Assembly: GCA_963668025.2 (NCBI GenBank)
Contig: CAXXTH010000010.1
Coordinates: 960,001 to 1,024,000, forward strand
Reading direction: 5' to 3'
Length of the DNA stretch: 64,000 nt
DNA from: Candidatus Hydrogenedentota bacterium
GTDB taxonomy: Bacteria > Hydrogenedentota > Hydrogenedentia > Hydrogenedentales > SLHB01
Numbering within the stretch: position 1 is the first letter of the stretch; each line of letters begins with the position of its first letter. Positions 58,621-64,000 of the stretch are shown in pieces. Made by a program: the position numbers and the translations under genes. Under the pieces are notes generated by a model. That model did not search any database and was not told where the DNA came from. It saw nothing but the letters and a program-made list of their open reading frames with translations.

Positions 58621-60855
58621 TCAGCAATTGGCGTTCTGGCGTCGGTGTCCCTTGGCGATGGCGAATGTGGAGAGCGCCAAGATGCCCATGAACTCCAGGA
58701 GCAAAGCGGCATGGGAGGAAACGCCCAAAGCGAACATGTTCTCTTCGGGTATTAAGGTGGCTTGCCCGTTGACCAGTGGCTGGGTGATGTCGAATTCTCC
58801 GGTTACGGCCTTGCCTAGGAAATAGAACACATGGTTGGACGGATTGCTCACGGCCTTGATGCGGACTTGGTTTGGATATGCGGTGATCTCAAGAACAGCC
58901 CCGTTATATTTGATGCTTTGCGCGGTTAAATAAGACATATCGGAAGGCAATTGGGGCTTAACCGTCATGTTGGTGGCATCAACGGAGATCCCCATGAATC
59001 CATAGAGATACACCATCGGCACCAAACCGGACTCGGGATATTCGCCCGTGATGCCATATTTCCAGTGCAATCCCTTGTTGTTGGCGGGATCCCGGCGCAA
59101 CTGGTCTTGGTGGAATTCTTCTATGATCGCCATCAAGCGCTGGAAAGCGTCATCGGGGCCTTTGTACTTGATCCGGGCCATGATGTCATAGAAGGATTCA
59201 GCGAAGATAGCGCCGCCGTTTTCGTGGTAATTGCCCCACGTGCAGACACTGTTGGGCGTGCAGTTATTGAATTGGTTTTTGTTCGGATACCACCAATAGG
59301 AGTCGTTTTGCTGGATGGCTTCCGCGGCGAGCGTGTTGCTGCGCGGCGCAAATTTAAATGTATAAATGTCAGAACCGGTGGAAGTGTCGCCTGAAATGGT
59401 TCGTTCGCCATCCAGCCAGCTAAAGATTTGCTCCGCTTTATCCTGGTCCGCCAATCCGTAGTACATGGCTTCTAGGTTAAGAAAGGTGAAGCCATAGTCA
59501 TGCTTGGCTCCATCTTCATCGATACATCCGATATATCGCCCCTTGCCGGCATCCCAGAATAAGGAGTTATAATTTGCTTTTACCTCCGTGGCGATAGAGC
59601 GGTAGTATTCGGCGTCCCCCCAATTTCCTAGCTGGCGTTCCAGATTGTACATGGCCAGCAGCGAAGCGTAGAAATAAATGTTATCGTATGCGCTCATATA
59701 CCCGAACGGCCAGCCGTCCCAATAGTTGCTGGCTGCGCCTGTTTTGAGAGAAGAACTGAAGAAGCGCCCGTCATTTTGATATTCACCCGAAGCAGGGCGG
59801 TTGGGGTCGTTGATGATGAGCAAGCCATTCGCGCCATTCAGATTCTGTAGCTGGTAATTCATGATGGAACGCAACGTATCGATGTTTTCCGTCAACCAAG
59901 TCAAGTCATTGTTCCAACAATTGAGATCACCCACTCCTATAAGGGATTTACTATTGGTGTCGAAATGCCATCCCTCGCCCATATAATCATGCGTGGTGGA
60001 TGAAAGCCATACATAACCGTCGTCATCATGGGAATTAATGATGTTGTGTACATGGCCTTTCGCGATGGATGGGGTCCACCAATGATCCAGCCATCCCAGT
60101 TTGTCGGCCAGCACATGGGAAGACACTGAAACCGATTCGCCCCAGAAACATACGCCGCCCAGCATGGATGACCATGGGCTGCCCATCTGCTGCGCTTGGT
60201 CTTCATTCCTGGCAATGCCATAAATACTGAACATGTTATTAACATCGGCGTCGAAGTGATTTTTGTAACCGTAGGTGGCGCCGGGGTGGTCCGCCATGGA
60301 GGAATGGAAAGGCCACATGCGGTCTTGGCCTCCCACTCTGATCTCATCCAACTGGAATGCATAGTTGCCGGAGCCATCATCGGATAACTCGGTGGCGCGG
60401 ATGCGAATGTAATAGGCGCTGATGGGATCAAAAGAAAACGTAATGGGCGTGTTGCTGGAAGGCGTGGCGTAGTCCGCGTGCGCTTCACAAGGGATGGCGT
60501 ACCATGTGTTGCCGGGGTCGGTGGAGTATTCGATGGTGAAATCTTTTGGGAACGCCCGTCCATCAGGCCGTGGAGTCAACGTCACGCTGCTCACCGCATG
60601 GTTTTCACCGGATTCCGAGTTTTGCAGTTTCACTGCGATGTATTCCGTATGGGCGCTATCACTGTAGAGGCTGCTGGACCAACAGTGTCCCCAGCCGGTC
60701 TCACCGTCCTTTACCTTGGTAGCTTCCCATTCCGTATACTGGCTCGAGCCTGCCGCATCTTCAATGGGCAGCGTGGCGGCTTGCCCTGGGCCTATCCATA
60801 AGGCGTTCAGTGCTAAGAAAACCGCTGCGCCACTCATCCCAAGCATAGGCTTCAT
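58621..60855 (-). CDS. Secreted (alpha/alpha)6-barrel glycoside hydrolase-like protein with N-terminal discoidin (F5/8) domain and TM tail
   Basis: AAAGGAGA RBS then MKPMLG signal peptide; AFPKDFTIEYSTD...YIRI discoidin motifs; NYWD, YN..FWD...GRY, YHENGG; GH65C-like end; hydrophobic plus basic tail. Confidence 0.68.
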   Translation of the reverse strand: MKPMLGMSGAAVFLALNALWIGPGQAATLPIEDAAGSSQYTEWEATKVKDGETGWGHCWSSSLYSDSAHTEYIAVKLQNSESGENHAVSSVTLTPRPDGRAFPKDFTIEYSTDPGNTWYAIPCEAHADYATPSSNTPITFSFDPISAYYIRIRATELSDDGSGNYAFQLDEIRVGGQDRMWPFHSSMADHPGATYGYKNHFDADVNNMFSIYGIARNEDQAQQMGSPWSSMLGGVCFWGESVSVSSHVLADKLGWLDHWWTPSIAKGHVHNIINSHDDDGYVWLSSTTHDYMGEGWHFDTNSKSLIGVGDLNCWNNDLTWLTENIDTLRSIMNYQLQNLNGANGLLIINDPNRPASGEYQNDGRFFSSSLKTGAASNYWDGWPFGYMSAYDNIYFYASLLAMYNLERQLGNWGDAEYYRSIATEVKANYNSLFWDAGKGRYIGCIDEDGAKHDYGFTFLNLEAMYYGLADQDKAEQIFSWLDGERTISGDTSTGSDIYTFKFAPRSNTLAAEAIQQNDSYWWYPNKNQFNNCTPNSVCTWGNYHENGGAIFAESFYDIMARIKYKGPDDAFQRLMAIIEEFHQDQLRRDPANNKGLHWKYGITGEYPESGLVPMVYLYGFMGISVDATNMTVKPQLPSDMSYLTAQSIKYNGAVLEITAYPNQVRIKAVSNPSNHVFYFLGKAVTGEFDITQPLVNGQATLIPEENMFALGVSSHAALLLEFMGILALSTFAIAKGHRRQNANC

Positions 60856-61201
60856 GTTGTTGTCTCCTTTTATGCTTCTCAAATAAATACGGAAAAGAAA
60901 CTGTAGAAAAGCCATAGCGGCTACTCGTTCCACCACCAAGAATTACTATACGCCGGCCCTGCGGAAAAGCGGCGTCTCAAGCATAGGCCATTCCCAGCGA
61001 ATGTATAAATACTGTACCACGTGATCGATCACGTATCAAGTGAAATCCCAGATGGATAGTGTACGAATCCATTCAAGAAAGGGTTGCACTTGCGGCAAAT
61101 CGGGCGGTACAATGCATTTTCCCCGCCGAGTGGCTTTGGGTGGCGGTATAGCATGAAATAGGTTTAGAGGCCAGTCCGGCCTAATCGAATAAGGAGGCGG
61201 C

Positions 61202-62311
61202 ATGTCATTCATTGCGGAGCGGATGGGGCGTATTGATGCAAGCGGGATTCGTAAAATATTCGCCTTAGCGGCGCATATGAAAGATCCGGTGAATCTGAGC
61301 ATAGGCCAGCCGGATTATGATGTGGATCTCGCCGCCAAGGAAGTGGCGATCGAGCAGATTCGCGGGGGATTCAATAGCTATACGCAAACGTGGGGGGTGG
61401 ATGCGCTTCGCGAGGCCTGTTCCGCCTATTACGAGCGGATTTTTGGGGTATCGCTTCAGAATGTCATGATCACCAGCGGCGTCTCCGGGGGCCTGCTTTT
61501 GGCGATGATGGCCACGGTGAACCCTGGCGACGAAGTCATTCTCGCGGATCCGTATTTTGTGATGTACAAGCATTTGGTGCATTTGCTTGGCGGGAAATGC
61601 GTCGCGATAGACACCCACCCCGACTTCAAGCTCAAACCCGCGCAAGTCGAGGCGGCCATTACGCCACGCACCAAAATACTCTTGGTGAATTCGCCATCGA
61701 ACCCCACGGGGGTCACGCTGAGCAAAGCGGAACTCCAAGGCTTGGCGGATGTGGCGAAAAAACACAATCTGCTGGTGATTTCGGACGAGATTTATGAGTG
61801 CCTGGCCTATGATAGCAGCCGGGCGTCCATGGCGGGCATGTATGATAACCTACTGGTGCTCAATGGTTTCTCGAAGATCGCCGCCATGACGGGATGGCGG
61901 GTGGGGTATGCCGCAGGCCCGGATGCTATCATTCAGGCCATGAACACGCTACAGCAATATACGTTCGTATGCGCTCCTTCATTTGCCCAAATGGCGGCCG
62001 TGAAGGCCCTGGAGATCGACCATAGCGCGAAAGTGGATGCATACCGCCATAAACGCGATACGATCTATAACGGGCTCGTGGAAGCGGGATATCGCGTGGT
62101 GAAACCTGGCGGAGCGTTTTATATTTTCCCAGAGGCCCCCGATGGCGATGGCGACGCCTTTGTGGCAAAGGCCATAGAAAACAATTTGCTCATTATTCCG
62201 GGCAGTGTGTTTAGTGAGCGGAAAGCGAATTTCCGCATCAGCTTCGCCGCGAAAGATGAAACCATCGAAAGAGGACTGGATATTTTGCGCAAGTTGCGGG
62301 CTTCGTATTAG
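61202..62311 (+). CDS. PLP-dependent aminotransferase, class I/II
   Basis: LSIGQPD, NSPSNPTG, SDEIY, GFSK...MTGWRVG, GAFY, RISFA. Confidence 0.93.
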   Translation: MSFIAERMGRIDASGIRKIFALAAHMKDPVNLSIGQPDYDVDLAAKEVAIEQIRGGFNSYTQTWGVDALREACSAYYERIFGVSLQNVMITSGVSGGLLLAMMATVNPGDEVILADPYFVMYKHLVHLLGGKCVAIDTHPDFKLKPAQVEAAITPRTKILLVNSPSNPTGVTLSKAELQGLADVAKKHNLLVISDEIYECLAYDSSRASMAGMYDNLLVLNGFSKIAAMTGWRVGYAAGPDAIIQAMNTLQQYTFVCAPSFAQMAAVKALEIDHSAKVDAYRHKRDTIYNGLVEAGYRVVKPGGAFYIFPEAPDGDGDAFVAKAIENNLLIIPGSVFSERKANFRISFAAKDETIERGLDILRKLRASY

Positions 62312-62360
62312 GCTTATTCGAAACCTTATACGTTCAAAGGATGGATCGAGAACCATTTCG

Positions 62361-62382
62361 GCGCTCTTCGGGGCGCTTTTTT
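62361..62382 (+). terminator. Intrinsic terminator with cUUCGg loop
   Basis: GCGCTC-TTCG-GGGCGC-TTTTTT. Confidence 0.75.
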
Positions 62383-62759
62383 GTTTGCATATCGCGAAGC
62401 GGGGGTGCGCTCCCTACGAAGCTATATGCAAACTCCTTGCAGGAGGCAGAGGCCGATTTTTCGCCTAAGTGCCTGCTATACTGCTTTTTACCCCAAAATA
62501 TAAGCGAAAAAACTACCGGACGCCCATATATTGTTGGCATGGCTTATTCTCAAAATCCCGTTTTTTTCTCTTAGGAAGGGAACTTTCTTGAATCTCGGTG
62601 GATAAGAAGCAATGGAAGTAAGGAAAGTCTGGCAGGCGTAGAGGCTTTTGCTCAAACCGCCAGCCAGATTCAGAAACCAGCACGCGCAGAGATGGCCGCG
62701 GGGCGGATATCGCGTCATACGCGTACGCCTTCTGCAGAATTTAGAGGAGCGCGTAGAAT

Positions 62760-63251
62760 ATGGCCAGAATCACTTCTTCCATAATCGTGGGAATGGGCTT
62801 GTTGCTGTGTTGCGCGGCGATAGGCGCGAAATACTCGATACCGGTTGATCAAGTGGATGGGAAGAAGGTCTACTATGGACTGCCAAGCCAATTTGATAAG
62901 CCGGGGGAGGTCCGGTATGAGGAAGTCATCCGGGCTACGCCAGAGTATAAAGCGATGAAAAAAGAAAAAGTAAAGCGTGGCACGGGCCGGTATTGGATCC
63001 TGCTGAGTGAAGCCAGCAATCGGACGGTTCGGGGTATCGCCCGAGTGGGTGAGGACAGTGATTATGACCTCATCACGGAATCAGGATATCTAGGCAGCCT
63101 AAATCCCGCCATTGAAGCGGATGATATCACCGCGAATGTGGTTAAGGTGGTGGCTGAAGACACACAGAAAAAAGATGCACCCCAAAAAGACGCACAGAAA
63201 AAAGGTGCGCCTAAAAAAGATACGCCTAAAAAAGATACACCGAAAAAGTAG
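62760..63251 (+). CDS. Secreted hypothetical protein, short Skp/OmpH-like, with KKDxP tail
   Basis: GAGGAG RBS; signal peptide; EEVIRATPEYK and IARVGEDSDYDLI...DDITANVVK resemble OmpH core motifs. Confidence 0.5.
   Translation: MARITSSIIVGMGLLLCCAAIGAKYSIPVDQVDGKKVYYGLPSQFDKPGEVRYEEVIRATPEYKAMKKEKVKRGTGRYWILLSEASNRTVRGIARVGEDSDYDLITESGYLGSLNPAIEADDITANVVKVVAEDTQKKDAPQKDAQKKGAPKKDTPKKDTPKK
63160..63248 (+). repeat. 15-bp coding tandem repeat ([KQ]K[DG][AT][PQ] x5-6)
   Basis: AAAAAAGATGCACCC CAAAAAGACGCACAG AAAAAAGGTGCGCCT AAAAAAGATACGCCT AAAAAAGATACACCG. Confidence 0.85.
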
Positions 63252-63302
63252 TCGCGATGAAAGGCCTTATACTTGGCGTCTCGAATCGAGAAGAGAGAAG
63301 CG

Positions 63303-64000
63303 ATGTTCTTCAAGCGTGCGGGGGTGATTGTGCCGTTGGCGGCGTTGCTGTTTTGTGGGTGCGCCTCGAATCCAGTAGGATATCTTAAAGATATTGGAGA
63401 CCGTTCGACCAACGAGGGCGCTGCGAGCAAGGAACTCACCGAGGCTCGGAAAATGGTGCAGCAAGGCCAAAGCTCCATGGCCATACCTCGATTCGTGCAA
63501 TTAATCTCCCTTTATCCACAGTCCAGTGCTGCTGTTGAAGCGCGATATTGGCTGGGCGCGTCGTACCAGGATGTAAAGAGTTATCAAGAAGCCATCAATT
63601 TATATCAAGAGTATCTCCGCTTGGCTCCAGAAGGTTCATATGCCCCTCAAGCCCGCGATAGTGTTGCGGCCTTGAATGCGGAGTATCAGAAACAATTTCC
63701 ATCGGCTGAAGAACTAGATAGCCAGATTCGTGCGGCTTCCGAGAAGCTCAAACAGCAGCCAGGCGAATTGAAGCTGCAACTGGAATTGGCTGATTTGTAT
63801 TGGCGCCGGGGGGATTATCAATCTGCAGGGCCATTATATGCGCAGATAGTGAAAGCGCATCCAGAATTTGCCCAAGATGAGACCATCGCGCAGCGGGTAG
63901 AGTTTCAGTCGAATGGGGAATACACGGTGCTGAGCCCGTCGGAGCTTCAACGGCGGGATGTCGCAGAAAGGCCATTAACGATCACTAATTCTACATCGTA
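63303..64000 (+). CDS. TPR lipoprotein (BamD/YbgF-like), runs off the window end
   Basis: Translated by hand: MFFKRAGVIVPLAALLFCGC lipobox; LISLYPQSSAAVEARYWLG, AINLYQEYLRLAPEGSYA TPR motifs; no stop before 64000. Confidence 0.8.
   Translation, partial: MFFKRAGVIVPLAALLFCGCASNPVGYLKDIGDRSTNEGAASKELTEARKMVQQGQSSMAIPRFVQLISLYPQSSAAVEARYWLGASYQDVKSYQEAINLYQEYLRLAPEGSYAPQARDSVAALNAEYQKQFPSAEELDSQIRAASEKLKQQPGELKLQLELADLYWRRGDYQSAGPLYAQIVKAHPEFAQDETIAQRVEFQSNGEYTVLSPSELQRRDVAERPLTITNSTS

Overview
Bacterial chromosomal window, about 55-60% GC by eye. The secreted Ig and beta-helix proteins with [LV]P[VIL]-TM-basic tails recall Candidatus Hydrogenedentes, but that taxon call is inference from memory. 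Layout: (1) 1-16.3 kb, a carbohydrate ABC transporter, glycoside hydrolases (two GH39-like, GH127, GH2) and two tandem beta-helix surface proteins; (2) 16.3-23.5 kb, a DeoR-regulated polyol/sugar-phosphate cluster (GlcG-like, transaldolase/FSA-family, MtlD-like, Zn-dehydrogenase) and two tandem SGNH hydrolases; (3) tRNA-Arg(ACG) followed by an integrase-less defence islet on the minus strand (hsdM-rhuM-hsdS-GHKL ATPase/nuclease-[hsdR::hsdS scar]-RAYT-hsdR) and an IS with 13-bp IRs and a 9-bp TSD; (4) core genes yicC-gmk-rpoZ-coaBC and a 6S RNA; (5) two tandem ~1,200-aa surface proteins with C-type lectin domains, one EPN-type and one QPD-type; (6) an IS1380-like element, a GH36-like/NPCBM protein, a BlaI/M56 pair, an (alpha/alpha)6 glycosidase, a PLP aminotransferase, a short OmpH-like protein and a TPR lipoprotein that runs off the window end. 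Best leads: the 33-codon hsdR::hsdS chimera, which suggests cargo stacking between type I RM loci; the EPN/QPD lectin pair; and a shared C-terminal sorting signal on 5-6 unrelated secreted proteins. Family calls come from motif recognition by eye; no searches were run.
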